64,000 nucleotides of DNA from an uncultured delta proteobacterium (GTDB lineage: Bacteria; Myxococcota_A; Polyangia; Polyangiales; Polyangiaceae). Below, piece after piece: positions 15,401-25,342 of this stretch. The stretch lies in the NCBI GenBank assembly GCA_963806225.1, contig CAWDXG010000004.1:3488001-3552000 (forward strand). The letters are read 5' to 3'. Position 1 is the first letter of the stretch; every line of letters begins with the position of its first letter. The notes under the pieces were generated by a model. That model did not search any database, was not told the DNA's origin, and worked only from the letters and a program-made list of their open reading frames with translations. A program made the position numbers and the translations under genes.

Positions 15401-15871
15401 CTACCAGCGGTAGTGCGCGAACGCCTTGTTCGCGTCGGCCATCTTGTGCGTGTCGTCCTTCTTCTTCACCGCGTTGCCGCGCAGCTGCGCTGCGTCGACG
15501 AGCTCGGCTGCGAGGCGCTCCCGCATCGTCTTCTCGCCGCGGTTGCGCGAGTACTGCACGAGCCAACGCATCCCGAGCGCGACCCTCCGCTCCGGCCGGA
15601 CCTCGACAGGCACCTGGTAGGTGGCACCGCCGACGCGCCGGCTCTTGACCTCGAGCTTCGGCTTCACGTTGTCGAGAGCCTTGCGGAACACCTCGAGCGG
15701 GTCTTCCTTGAAGCGCGAGTTGATGATGTCGAACGCGCCGTAGAGGATACCCTCGGCGACTGATTTCTTGCCGTCGAGCATCAAGGAGTTGGTGAACTTC
15801 GCCACCAGCTTGTCCTTGTACTTCGGGTCGGGAGTGATCTTCCGCTTGGGAACGTCGCGCCTGCGGGGCAT
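15401..15871 (-). CDS. rpsG: 30S ribosomal protein S7
   Basis: [20 protein letters not shown] and [10 protein letters not shown]. Confidence 0.99.
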   Translation of the reverse strand: MPRRRDVPKRKITPDPKYKDKLVAKFTNSLMLDGKKSVAEGILYGAFDIINSRFKEDPLEVFRKALDNVKPKLEVKSRRVGGATYQVPVEVRPERRVALGMRWLVQYSRNRGEKTMRERLAAELVDAAQLRGNAVKKKDDTHKMADANKAFAHYRW

Positions 15872-15883
15872 CGCTGTTTCCTC

Positions 15884-16282
15884 TTACTGCTTGGGGCGCT
15901 TGACGCCGTACTTGGAACGCTTGCGGTTACGGTTGGCCTTGTTGGTGCTGCTAGGCCCTGCGGCGCCGGAGGCGTCGAGCGTCCCGCGCACAACGTGATA
16001 GCGGACACCGGGGAGGTCCTTCACGCGGCCTCCGCGGATGAGCACGACGCTGTGCTCCTGAAGGTTGTGACCCTCGCCCGGAATGTAGCTCGTGACCTCC
16101 ATGCCGTTGGTCAGACGCACGCGGCACACCTTGCGAAGAGCCGAGTTCGGCTTCTTCGGTGTGGTCGTATACACGCGCACGCACACGCCGCGCTTCTGCG
16201 GGCATGCGCGCAGCGCGGGAGACGCCGTCTTTACGTTGATGGCGCGTCGGCCTGAGCGGATGAGCTGCTGGATCGTCGGCAT
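15884..16282 (-). CDS. rpsL: 30S ribosomal protein S12
   Basis: [17 protein letters not shown] and [12 protein letters not shown]. Confidence 0.99.
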   Translation of the reverse strand: MPTIQQLIRSGRRAINVKTASPALRACPQKRGVCVRVYTTTPKKPNSALRKVCRVRLTNGMEVTSYIPGEGHNLQEHSVVLIRGGRVKDLPGVRYHVVRGTLDASGAAGPSSTNKANRNRKRSKYGVKRPKQ

Positions 16283-16326
16283 GGGATCGCGGAAATGTGG
16301 GAGGTGCCCGGTTTTGGGGGAACGGG

Positions 16327-16354
16327 AGGGTAGCCGGAGGGCAGTTCATGTCAA
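16327..16354 (-). promoter_or_regulatory. Sigma70-type promoter of the rpsL-rpsG-fusA-tuf-rpsJ operon
   Basis: Minus strand TTGACA-N16-TACCCT, ~45 nt upstream of the rpsL ATG. Confidence 0.6.
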
Positions 16355-16412
16355 GGGAAGGTTTCCGGGCCCCCGCTCCGGCGGCCCTCGGGCGCCCCGC
16401 CCTGGCCCTGCG

Positions 16413-17813
16413 CTACTCCTTGGCCACCTTGGTCTCGAGGATCTGGACGGCCTTCTTGAACACGGGCTGGTCGGGGTGCGCGGCGGCCAGCGCCCGGTAT
16501 TTCTTTAGCGCTTCCTTGTAGTTACCCGCCGCGACCGCATCCACTGCCAGGCGTTCCGGGCTCTTGCCTTCGTGTGAGCCGGCTTTCTGGGGCTTGCCCG
16601 GCGACGGTGGGGGCGCGGTGGAGGCAGACGCGGTGGGCGCGACCGCAGACGGCGCCGACGAGGAGCGCGGCTTGGCGGGAGCAGCGCTGGGCGACGTTGA
16701 TGCCATAGCCGCGACCGACTTGGCCGAAGCAGCACTCGGCGACGGCCCTGTCGCCGAATTCTGCTCGGGTTGCCCGCCCATCAGGCTGAACGTCGCAATG
16801 AACACGAGCGGAAGCAGCACCAGGGCGACCTTCTGCGGGACCGATGCTTCCCGCCATGCTTTCAGGCCCTGGGCCTTGAGCTTCTGCAGGGTCTCCCCGG
16901 CACCGCCGGGCTGGGTCTGCTTTCCGCCGGGCCCGGGTGCGGCACCGAGGGGCTGCCCGTGCTGTACGACGAAACCCGGCGGCATCGGCGCGCCCGGCGG
17001 CATCGGTGCGCCCGGCGGCATCGGCGCGCCCGGCGGCATCGGCGCGCCGGCAAGCATGGGAGTGCCCGCAGCGGGAGGAACGAAGGGCGCTCGACGAGTG
17101 GTCGGCTCCTGGCTGCTGGAAGCGAGGGATGGGTGTGCGGGCGACGCGCCGCCGGGCGCAGGCTGTCCGGCGGCCGGTACGGGCTGAGCAGGCACCCGCG
17201 CCTGTACGGGAGCGTAGCGGGTCCGCTCGCTTTCCGGCGGGGGCTCCGCAGCCGGAGGCTGGGGCCGCGCTGCGCCCTGCCGCTGCAGAAGCTGGTCGGG
17301 TCGCTGCACGACGGTCGCCTCGGAGTCGGGCGGGCTTTCCGGCGCGGCGGCGGGGGCACTGCCCGCCGCTGGCCCAGGAGACAACACCGCGCCCTTGGGC
17401 CTCCGCCGGACCGAGGTCGGCACCGGCTGGAAGTGGGTCTTCTCGTCTTCCTCGGGGACGGCCACCTCGGCATGGGGCGTGGGAGCTTCCTGCCCCGCAC
17501 GATGCGAGCTCGGTCCACGCAGGGCGAGCTTCGCGCCGCCGATGTGGATGTTCATGGGAACGTCGACGGGCTCCCAGTCGGCTCCGACGCTGCGCCCCGC
17601 CATGGTCACCGGCGCTCCCTCCACACTGGCAACGAACAGGGTCGTCCCGTCGAAATAGAGATAGGCGTGCACGTCGGCGACGCCGTCAGCCCTGACCACC
17701 CAGGAGGCAGCCGCGCCTACGCTGAACGGCTGCACGGGAGTTCCTGGTGTAAGGTCGACGCGCTGCCGTTCTGATTCCCCGGCCCGGACCTCGATACGCA
17801 GATTAGTGCTCAC
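16413..17813 (-). CDS. Tad-associated bitopic membrane protein: degenerate FHA-like N-terminus, Pro-rich linker, one TM helix, short TPR-like C-terminus
   Basis: FSVG...DGVADVHAYLYFDG is an FHA-like pattern lacking the Arg; PPGAPM repeats; hydrophobic VALVLLPLVFIATFSL; AVDAVAAGNYKEALKKYRAL; overlaps the cpaF stop. Confidence 0.7.
   Translation of the reverse strand: MSTNLRIEVRAGESERQRVDLTPGTPVQPFSVGAAASWVVRADGVADVHAYLYFDGTTLFVASVEGAPVTMAGRSVGADWEPVDVPMNIHIGGAKLALRGPSSHRAGQEAPTPHAEVAVPEEDEKTHFQPVPTSVRRRPKGAVLSPGPAAGSAPAAAPESPPDSEATVVQRPDQLLQRQGAARPQPPAAEPPPESERTRYAPVQARVPAQPVPAAGQPAPGGASPAHPSLASSSQEPTTRRAPFVPPAAGTPMLAGAPMPPGAPMPPGAPMPPGAPMPPGFVVQHGQPLGAAPGPGGKQTQPGGAGETLQKLKAQGLKAWREASVPQKVALVLLPLVFIATFSLMGGQPEQNSATGPSPSAASAKSVAAMASTSPSAAPAKPRSSSAPSAVAPTASASTAPPPSPGKPQKAGSHEGKSPERLAVDAVAAGNYKEALKKYRALAAAHPDQPVFKKAVQILETKVAKE
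16975..17046 (-). repeat. Tandem 18-bp repeat, 4 copies, encoding PPGAPM
   Basis: CCCGGCGGCATCGGYGCG four times. Confidence 0.9.
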
Positions 17814-18942
17814 GTTCGCGCTCGTACGCCTCGCGCCGCTCGGCTGCCTCGTACACGGCGCGAGGCAGCTCGACTCCGTGCTCGCGAAGTTGCTCCATGC
17901 ACTCGGGAAGTATACCCGTAGGCGCCAGATCGCTCACGATCTCGCCGCCGGGCCCCATCCCCTGGTAATTCCGCACGAAGATGTCCTGCAGCCGGTAGCG
18001 GCTGGCCTCGAGGTCGAAGCCCAGCACCTCGGTGATGTGGGTAATCTTGCGCGAGCCGTCCTGCAGGCGGGACACCTGGACGACAAGGTTCACTCCCGAA
18101 CCGATCTGCGAGCGCATGGCCACGAGCGGCATCTCGATATCGCTCATCATGCACATGGTTTCGAGACGCGTCAGCGTGTCTCGGGGATAGGTAGCGTGCA
18201 GGGTTCCCATACAGCCGCCATGACCGCTGGTCATCGCCTGGACGATGTCGAGCGCCTCGCCCCCGCGGATCTCGCCTATCACCAGGCGATCGGGTCGCAT
18301 GCGCAGCGTCGCCCTGAACAGATCGCGGATGCTCACGCCACCCTTGCCACGCGGATCCGGCGGGCGCGCTTCCATCTGGACCACGTGCTGCCGCTGCAGC
18401 TGGACCTCCTGCGAGTCCTCGATGACCACCACCCGCTCGCCTTCGGGCACATAGGAGGACAGCGCGTTGAGCATGGACGTCTTACCGCTGCCCGTCCCGC
18501 CGGCGATGATGATGTTCAACTTCGCCACGACGAAGGCCTGCAGCGCCGCCGCTGCGTCCTCGGTGAGCGCTCCGAAGCCCATCAAGCGCTCGACGGTCAG
18601 GGTTTCCTTGAAGAAGCGGCGGATCGAGATGTAGGGGCCGTCGGGAGCCGCCGGCGGCAGCACGGCCTGGACGCGCGAGCCGTCGGGTAGCCGCGCTTCG
18701 AGAATGGGGCGTTCCTCGTCGGCGAACTTGCCGACGAACTGCGCCACATTGCGCAGGACGGAGATGAGTGCGTCGCGGCCTTCGAACTTCGCGTCCGTCA
18801 GCTCCAGACGGCCGCCCTTCTCGATGAAGACCTGCGACGGCCCGTTGATCATGATCTCGCTCACCTTCGGATCGTCCAGAAACGGACGGATGGGAGCGAA
18901 GAACTGGAGGAGTGTCTCCTCGTAGACCTCACGCGGGATCAC
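17803..18942 (-). CDS. cpaF: CpaF/TadA-family pilus ATPase (short form, 379 aa)
   Basis: EIMINGP, Walker [29 protein letters not shown] and TSGHGGCMGTLHA. Confidence 0.93.
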   Translation of the reverse strand: MIPREVYEETLLQFFAPIRPFLDDPKVSEIMINGPSQVFIEKGGRLELTDAKFEGRDALISVLRNVAQFVGKFADEERPILEARLPDGSRVQAVLPPAAPDGPYISIRRFFKETLTVERLMGFGALTEDAAAALQAFVVAKLNIIIAGGTGSGKTSMLNALSSYVPEGERVVVIEDSQEVQLQRQHVVQMEARPPDPRGKGGVSIRDLFRATLRMRPDRLVIGEIRGGEALDIVQAMTSGHGGCMGTLHATYPRDTLTRLETMCMMSDIEMPLVAMRSQIGSGVNLVVQVSRLQDGSRKITHITEVLGFDLEASRYRLQDIFVRNYQGMGPGGEIVSDLAPTGILPECMEQLREHGVELPRAVYEAAERREAYEREREH

Positions 18943-19514
18943 GGTACCCTCTTGAGCAGCGACGCGCGGGCTTCCTCGGCGTGCGGCCCCTTCGGAGCCA
19001 GCTTGAGGTACTGCCTGAAATGGTAGTCCGCCTTGACCCAGTCCTGGTCCGAATCGCGGAGCAGCACCGCCAGGGAGTAGTGGGCCTGCGCGTGTTTCGG
19101 GTTGGTGACGAGCACCTGCTGGTACTCGTCGCGGGCCTTGCCGGTTTCGCCGATTGCTGCGTAGAGCGTGCCGACGAGATAGCGCAATCTGTAGTCCAGC
19201 GGGTTCTTCTGGAGGTAGTTGTTCCCGACATCGATCGCCACGCGATACCGCTGACTGCTCACGTAGGTCTGCAGGAGCAGCGGCAGCACCGTCTTCGAGT
19301 CGGCCCCGTTGTCGAGAGCGGCCGAGAAGTACTGCGCGGCGCGGTTGTAGTCGCCCATCTCGGCGAACAGCTTGCCGCGCTCGACGAGCTTGTCGGGCTT
19401 CTGGTCGCGGCGCACGGTCCTCTGCGCGGCTTCGAAGCGCTGGGCCGGCGTCTGCACGCAGCAGGGCAGCGCTGGAATCAGCACGAAGGCGGCGAGCCGG
19501 ACCGCACGTCTCAT
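18939..19514 (-). CDS. TPR lipoprotein (TadD/pilotin-like)
   Basis: MRRAVRLAAFVLIPALPC-C signal; TPR patterns GDYNRAAQYF, GETGKARDEYQQVL and ADYHFRQYLKLAP. Confidence 0.75.
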   Translation of the reverse strand: MRRAVRLAAFVLIPALPCCVQTPAQRFEAAQRTVRRDQKPDKLVERGKLFAEMGDYNRAAQYFSAALDNGADSKTVLPLLLQTYVSSQRYRVAIDVGNNYLQKNPLDYRLRYLVGTLYAAIGETGKARDEYQQVLVTNPKHAQAHYSLAVLLRDSDQDWVKADYHFRQYLKLAPKGPHAEEARASLLKRVP

Positions 19515-20380
19515 TGCTTGTTCCCGAGCTTGAGACGCAGCTTGCGGTCCAGGTTCGAGAGCCACGTCACGTAGGCATTCTGCTGCCCATCGGTAAAGGC
19601 GAGCAGGACGCGCACTTCTTCCTGCACCGTCGGCCAGTCCTGGATGCTCAAGGCATGCTCGAGCCGCACCCGGTGCGTGCGATAGTCGTTCGAGATCTCC
19701 TGCTTCAGTTTGCTGGCCAGCTTGCCGTAGGCATCGGCGACCTGCGGCTTGTTTGCCACACGGAAACAGGCCGAGGCTTCTTCGTAGAGCGAAACAGCCT
19801 TCACGCCGTCCTGCACATGGAAGGGGCGCCGTTCGTTCTTGGCGTCGGCCAGCACCGCCCGGTCGCGCGCCAGCGACAGCGCCTGTTCGGGCGACGACTG
19901 CGGACAGTGCGGCGCGCTCTTGCTCCACAGCGCGGTCGCCTGGACAGGCTTGACCTGCTGGTTTCCGCCGCCGTTGTCGGTGAACAGCATGTACAGCGCG
20001 ACGGGGAAGAACACCGCCGCCATGATGTAGATGATCGGGCTGGACTTTTCCTGCTTCTTCTTGACGACGTTCGCGCCTTCGCCGAGCTCGGCAGCAGCCA
20101 CCCAGATCCGCGTCTGTCCGACGCCCAGCACGGAGTCGGGGGCGACCTGTGTGCGCGTGAACGGGGACTCGTTGATGGTGGGCGCGGGCTGGAAGCTGCG
20201 CGCCTCGGCGACGAGCCCGACCGGCGCCGCCTCGATCATGATGTTCTCGACGGCAGCCTGATCGAGCGGCAAGCGGATGTCGCAGTGCCCGCCACTACCG
20301 ACCAGCGCGCGGTCGCCCTCGACGGACATCTCGACCACGCGACCGTCGGCATGCTGGATCCGGAACTTCAGCCCTTGCAT
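19511..20380 (-). CDS. Degenerate-FHA bitopic membrane protein
   Basis: ALVGSGGHCDIRL FHA-like start; TM IIYIMAAVFFPVALYM; helical periplasmic domain with two Cys. Confidence 0.65.
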   Translation of the reverse strand: MQGLKFRIQHADGRVVEMSVEGDRALVGSGGHCDIRLPLDQAAVENIMIEAAPVGLVAEARSFQPAPTINESPFTRTQVAPDSVLGVGQTRIWVAAAELGEGANVVKKKQEKSSPIIYIMAAVFFPVALYMLFTDNGGGNQQVKPVQATALWSKSAPHCPQSSPEQALSLARDRAVLADAKNERRPFHVQDGVKAVSLYEEASACFRVANKPQVADAYGKLASKLKQEISNDYRTHRVRLEHALSIQDWPTVQEEVRVLLAFTDGQQNAYVTWLSNLDRKLRLKLGNKQ

Positions 20381-20387
20381 CGAATTG

Positions 20388-21293
20388 CTAGCCTAGAACT
20401 TTCGAGATGCTCAGCATGATCGGACCCATGATGAGCAGCATGATACAGAAAAATAGCAGGAAAAGCGGCCCTACCATGGCCACGCCCGCCTTGGCGGCGG
20501 CCTCTTCTGCTTTGGTGGATCGACGCATGCGGGAAACGCCCGCCTGGATCTGCAGCACCTCGGCCACGGGATTGCCGCGCTCTTCGGCCTGGACCACGGC
20601 GTTGACGAACTCGCCCACCGATTCGGTCGGAACCCGCTCGGCGAATGCCATCAACACGTTCCGGCGCGTCTTGCCGAGCCCGAGCTCCTGCAGCATGCGC
20701 CCGAACTCCTCGACCAGCGCGTCGTCGGGGTCGCTCGACTTCTCTACGACCTGACGCATCGCTCCGGGGAAGTCCTGACCAGCGCTCATCGACAGAGCCA
20801 GGAGATCTATCGCGTAGGGTAGCCCGCGATTGATCTGCTTGAAGCGACGATCGACCTCGCTGGCGACCGTCAAGTAGGGCAGAGCCGCACCGATCGGTCC
20901 GACGATGAGGACCATGATGACCCCCGTGCCCGTGAGCTTGCCCGCGACCGCACCGAAGACGAGGCCGCCAGCAAACGAGAGCAAGCTGAGCGCCACGTAC
21001 TCGTCCGGCGTGAGCCCCAGGTAGTCACCGGCCAGCTCGAGCTGCCGCGAGGCCCGCGCGCGGAAATTTTCGCTCAGAACGCCGCTGACGCGCACCCCCA
21101 GCCACCGCACCAGCGGCTCGATCTGCTGCCAGGCCGGGTTGTTCTCGAACGCTCTCTGCCGCTTGAGCCCGCGCATACCGAGGCGACTCGCGACACGCGT
21201 GGGAGCGCTCGCCATGGCATACACCACCTCGAGAATGGCGATGCTGATGGCGCCGACGAAAGCGTAGCGGAAGGCCTCGTAGCCCACCGTCAT
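20388..21293 (-). CDS. tadC: TadC platform protein (T2SS-F family)
   Basis: LPYAIDLLALSMSAG, VVQAEERGNPVAEVL and AEEAAAKA; follows tadB. Confidence 0.88.
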   Translation of the reverse strand: MTVGYEAFRYAFVGAISIAILEVVYAMASAPTRVASRLGMRGLKRQRAFENNPAWQQIEPLVRWLGVRVSGVLSENFRARASRQLELAGDYLGLTPDEYVALSLLSFAGGLVFGAVAGKLTGTGVIMVLIVGPIGAALPYLTVASEVDRRFKQINRGLPYAIDLLALSMSAGQDFPGAMRQVVEKSSDPDDALVEEFGRMLQELGLGKTRRNVLMAFAERVPTESVGEFVNAVVQAEERGNPVAEVLQIQAGVSRMRRSTKAEEAAAKAGVAMVGPLFLLFFCIMLLIMGPIMLSISKVLG

Positions 21294-22150
21294 AGGTCCA
21301 CCGAAAGAACCTTCCGGGCCAGGAGTATCGAGGCCACCCAGCAGCCTCCCGCGACCAGCGCGATGACCCAACCGATGACCGACTCGTTCAACGGGTCGAA
21401 GTAGCCCGGCTTGATCGAGTTGACGGCCCACGCGAGCAGGAAGGGGAATACCGCAAGCACCCACGCCTGGGCCCGCCCTTCTGCCGTCTTGGACTTCACC
21501 ACGCCTTCGAGGCGGGCCATTTCTCTGAGCGTGGACGACGTCGTCTCGAGGATGTGCGGCAGATCGCCACCCACCTGGCGGCCGATCAACACCGCCGAGA
21601 GTGCGGAGTCGAGCTGCTTGCAGCCGACGCGCCCGGCCATGTTCAGGAGCGCCTGGTCGAGCGTGCTGCCGACGCGCATCTCTTTCGTGGCGAGGCCCAC
21701 TTCCTCTTTCAGCGGCGAAGGCAGGAGCTGCTGGACCGAGATGAACGCGTTGGCGATGCTGGGCGTGGCCTTGAGCGCGTTGGCGAGCGCGGTCAGAAAG
21801 CCGTCGAGCTGCTGCTCGATCGCCTCCACCCGCTGCTTGCGCCGGCGCTCGATGTACCAGGGCGGGATGGCGATAACGAAGAGCAGGCACAACCACCACA
21901 TGGGCAGATCAACGGTAATCGTCGCCGCCAGCACCAGGAACACGCCGGCGAGCTGGCCCAACGCGATGTTCCGCCCCGGCATGAAGATGAACATCGAGCG
22001 CAACTTGCTCTCGAGCCGGTGGCAGTACCGGGTCCAGTAGCGCATGACCAGGCTCTGCGGCGAAGAGACCACCGAGAACGAGAGCACGAACAGCGCGAGC
22101 GCCGCGACGCCGAGGCCCCCCCACTTCATCATCGTCTCGTTGATCGCCAT
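21290..22150 (-). CDS. tadB: TadB platform protein (T2SS-F family)
   Basis: EQQLDGFLTALANALKA, QVGGDL..ILE and TAEGRAQA. Confidence 0.9.
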   Translation of the reverse strand: MAINETMMKWGGLGVAALALFVLSFSVVSSPQSLVMRYWTRYCHRLESKLRSMFIFMPGRNIALGQLAGVFLVLAATITVDLPMWWLCLLFVIAIPPWYIERRRKQRVEAIEQQLDGFLTALANALKATPSIANAFISVQQLLPSPLKEEVGLATKEMRVGSTLDQALLNMAGRVGCKQLDSALSAVLIGRQVGGDLPHILETTSSTLREMARLEGVVKSKTAEGRAQAWVLAVFPFLLAWAVNSIKPGYFDPLNESVIGWVIALVAGGCWVASILLARKVLSVDL

Positions 22151-22158
22151 CCCCGCTC

Positions 22159-24003
22159 CTACATGTACGCTTCGCCCCGCCGCACGAGCCCCATCACGAT
22201 GAAATCGTTCAGGAACGACGGCAGATAGCCGGTAGCGCGGAACGAACCGAGCACCTCGCCCTTCGGACCCGTGCCGGTGCGCACGAACTCGAACAGCGGC
22301 AATAGCTCGATCTGTCCCTCTTCGTCGATGCCGACCACCTCGCTCACGGCGGTCACGCGCCGGGTACCGTCGGCGAACCTGGACTGCTGCACGATGAGGT
22401 GCACGCTCGCCGCTATCTGCTCGCGGATGGCACGCGAAGGCAGGTCCACCCCGGCCATCAGCGCCAGGGTCTCGAGTCGCGCGAGCGCTTCTTCGGGCGA
22501 GTTCGCGTGGGTGGTCGTCAAGGAACCGTCGTGGCCCGTGTTCATGGCCTGCAGCATGTCGAGCGCCTCGCCGCCGCGGCACTCGCCGACCACGATGCGA
22601 TCGGGCCGCATGCGCATCGCGTTCTTCAACAGGTCGCGGATGCTGTATTCGCCTTTGCCTTCCATGTTCGCGGGCCGCGTCTCGAGCGACACCACGTGAG
22701 GCTGCCCGAGCTGCAGCTCCGCCGCGTCCTCGATCGTGACGATGCGCTCGTCCGGCGGAATCGAGTTGGACAGCACGTTCAGGAGCGTCGTCTTTCCGCT
22801 GCCGGTGCCCCCCGAGATGATGATGTTCTTCTTGGCCACGACGGCACGGCTCAGGAAACGCCCCATGCTCTCGTTGATCGAGCCGTACTTGTAGAGCAGT
22901 TCGAGCGTCAGAGGCGTCTTGGCGAACTTGCGGATCGTGATGCACGAGCCCCGGAGGGCGATCGGGCGGATCACGGCGTTGACGCGGGAGCCGTCTTTCA
23001 GGCGCGCGTCGACGAGCGGCGAGGACTCATCGATGCGGCGACCGAGCGGCGTGACGATGCGCTCGATCACCGCTCGCACCCTCTCGTCGTCGGTGAATTT
23101 CGCGTCGGTGAGGATGATCCTGCCGTTCTGTTCGACGTAGATGGTGTCCGCGTCGATGACCATGATCTCCGACACGGTCTCGTCGGCGATGAAGCGCTCG
23201 AGCGGACCGAGCCCCAGCGCCTCGTCGGCCAGCTCGCCCACCAACCGGGCGCGGTCGACGCTCGGTGGAATGCGCGGGCCGAGCAGATCGATGATCCGGC
23301 GCAGCGCGGCCAGCACCTTCGGCCGCATCGACGGGTCGTCGAAGTTGTCCGGGTTCATCGTGGCGAGATCGAGGTGCTCGAGCAGCAGCCGGTGGATCTC
23401 GCGGCGCAGCTCGATGTCCGCCTTGCGCTGCTCGTCGGTCGGCGAGGTGCGGGCGGCCGGCTTCGGCTTGGGCGCCTCTGCCGGGGCTGCGGTCGGCGGC
23501 GCGGCATGGGCAGGCCCCCCAGGAGGCGGCCGCGGGGGCGAATAGCCGGGCGGCGCGTGGGGCGGCGCATAGACCGCCTGACCCTGTTGTTGCACTCTCG
23601 GCCGGGCGGGTGAGTCGCCGCCCTGGGGCGCCGCCGGCGGAGGTCGCACCGAGCGGTGCTGGGGCGCGGGCAAGGGTGCGGGCTCGGGCAGACGCGCGGC
23701 GCCCACTGGTTGTATGTGCAGGGTGAAGTTGCCCACCACCACCGGCGTTCCGAACGGAACGTCGAGCGCGTTCTTCCTGAGCAGCTGTCCGCCGGCCAGC
23801 GTGCCGTTGGTGGAGCGGTCCTCGATACGCATGGACGCCGCCCCGACCTGGACGACAGCGTGATGCCGTGACACGAGGTCGCTCTCGAGACGCAATACAC
23901 TCGCTGCGTCGCGCCCGATGGTCACCGGGCCATTGGCCGTGAGCCGCTCTGCGCGCCGCCCGCCGTCATCCGATTCGATAACGATGTCGAGGTCCAGGCT
24001 CAA
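22159..24003 (-). CDS. cpaF: FHA-domain / CpaF(TadA) ATPase fusion
   Basis: N-terminal FHA (IGR, VSRHHA, STNGT), Pro-rich linker, [34 protein letters not shown] and [17 protein letters not shown] start. Confidence 0.93.
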   Translation of the reverse strand: MSLDLDIVIESDDGGRRAERLTANGPVTIGRDAASVLRLESDLVSRHHAVVQVGAASMRIEDRSTNGTLAGGQLLRKNALDVPFGTPVVVGNFTLHIQPVGAARLPEPAPLPAPQHRSVRPPPAAPQGGDSPARPRVQQQGQAVYAPPHAPPGYSPPRPPPGGPAHAAPPTAAPAEAPKPKPAARTSPTDEQRKADIELRREIHRLLLEHLDLATMNPDNFDDPSMRPKVLAALRRIIDLLGPRIPPSVDRARLVGELADEALGLGPLERFIADETVSEIMVIDADTIYVEQNGRIILTDAKFTDDERVRAVIERIVTPLGRRIDESSPLVDARLKDGSRVNAVIRPIALRGSCITIRKFAKTPLTLELLYKYGSINESMGRFLSRAVVAKKNIIISGGTGSGKTTLLNVLSNSIPPDERIVTIEDAAELQLGQPHVVSLETRPANMEGKGEYSIRDLLKNAMRMRPDRIVVGECRGGEALDMLQAMNTGHDGSLTTTHANSPEEALARLETLALMAGVDLPSRAIREQIAASVHLIVQQSRFADGTRRVTAVSEVVGIDEEGQIELLPLFEFVRTGTGPKGEVLGSFRATGYLPSFLNDFIVMGLVRRGEAYM

Positions 24004-24013
24004 ATCCTAGCGT

Positions 24014-25342
24014 CTATCGTTGCTTGCGCCACTGGTCGGGGCGCTTGTCGTAGGCATTCACTTCATCGACGTCTCCCGAATACTCCTCGTACTGGGAGAG
24101 GGCGTTGTTCACCATCTCGATGGCTGGCTTGGGTACCGACTCGACCGCCGTAGGGATGATGAAGACGGCCCCTTCGGTGTCTTCCCCCGAGTCCTGGTGC
24201 GAGCCGAAGAATACGCCCAAAACGGGGATCTGGCTGAGAAGCGGCAGCCCCGTGATGCTGTGCCGGCGCGACTGGGTGCGGATCCCGGAAAGCACCAGCG
24301 ACTGCCCGAGCTTGAGCCGGACCAGCGTGTCCAGCTTGGACGTGTCGCGTCCGGGCAGCGGGGTGCCCGAAACAGCCGGCGTCAGATCGGCCACGTCGGC
24401 GTCGACCTGCACCTCGAGGTCGCCCGTTTTCGGGTCGAGGCGCGGCAGCACGGTCACCTTCGTGCCGAAGCTGATCTGCTGGATGCTCGCCGTCAGGCCG
24501 GCCGTGACCGGGAAGTTTTCCTCCCCGCCGTTCTCGAACGTGGCCTTCGTGCCGTTGACCGTGATGACGGTGGATTGCTTGAGCACCTTGGCCCAACCCT
24601 TGCGCTGGGCAAGGTCGAGGGCTGGAAGGGGCTGGTTGACGACGGCAGCCGTCGCTTCCGAGGTGTGCTGCACGAAATCGTACCCGAAGCGGCTCTGGAT
24701 GACCTCGCCGCCGTAGCGCCCGGGGAAGTCGATGCCCACCGCATAGCCCGAGCTCTTGTCGTACTGGACGAAGAAGAAGTCGATGCGGATGTTGATCTTG
24801 CGATCGGCCGCACCCGAGCCAGCCACGACGAGTGACTCGACCTGGCCCGGATACAGCGCGGCGATGCGCTGGATGCGTTCGGCGTCGGCCTTGCTCGCTA
24901 CCCCGCCCTCGATGAAGAAGCGCGAGCCCACGCGCCGGACGCGGACGCCGGGGGTCTCCTGAAGGAGTTGCTCTACCTCGCGCTTTACCGCATCCGGAGA
25001 ACGGGTGAAGACGTTGATCACCCACTTCTTCTGGGTACCGTCCTTGTTGATCAGGAGCAGCGACGTAGTGCCGGGCTTTCTCCCGACGATGACGAATTTA
25101 GCCCCGTCGGTGGTGAGCTTGATCTCGGCGATGCCATGCGCACCCTCGGAGTAGTTCTTCACGCCGAGCGCGCTGATGGTCTTGTTCTCACCGACGACGA
25201 GGTTCAGTTCATTGGCGCCCTTGTCGGCGGACGACGAGCTGTCGAGATCCTCAACGTCGTCGCCTGTCTTGCCCCGCGCCCAGGCGCGCGACGAGAAGAG
25301 TGCCAGCCCGATTGCGAAGAGCGCGATGCGTCGCCTTGTCAT
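24014..25342 (-). CDS. rcpA: Tad secretin RcpA/CpaC
   Basis: Signal peptide; IVGRKPGTTSLL N-domain; BON-like region; FENGGE, FGTKVTVLP, LGQSLVLSG and GLPLLSQIPVLGVFF secretin motifs. Confidence 0.88.
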   Translation of the reverse strand: MTRRRIALFAIGLALFSSRAWARGKTGDDVEDLDSSSSADKGANELNLVVGENKTISALGVKNYSEGAHGIAEIKLTTDGAKFVIVGRKPGTTSLLLINKDGTQKKWVINVFTRSPDAVKREVEQLLQETPGVRVRRVGSRFFIEGGVASKADAERIQRIAALYPGQVESLVVAGSGAADRKINIRIDFFFVQYDKSSGYAVGIDFPGRYGGEVIQSRFGYDFVQHTSEATAAVVNQPLPALDLAQRKGWAKVLKQSTVITVNGTKATFENGGEENFPVTAGLTASIQQISFGTKVTVLPRLDPKTGDLEVQVDADVADLTPAVSGTPLPGRDTSKLDTLVRLKLGQSLVLSGIRTQSRRHSITGLPLLSQIPVLGVFFGSHQDSGEDTEGAVFIIPTAVESVPKPAIEMVNNALSQYEEYSGDVDEVNAYDKRPDQWRKQR

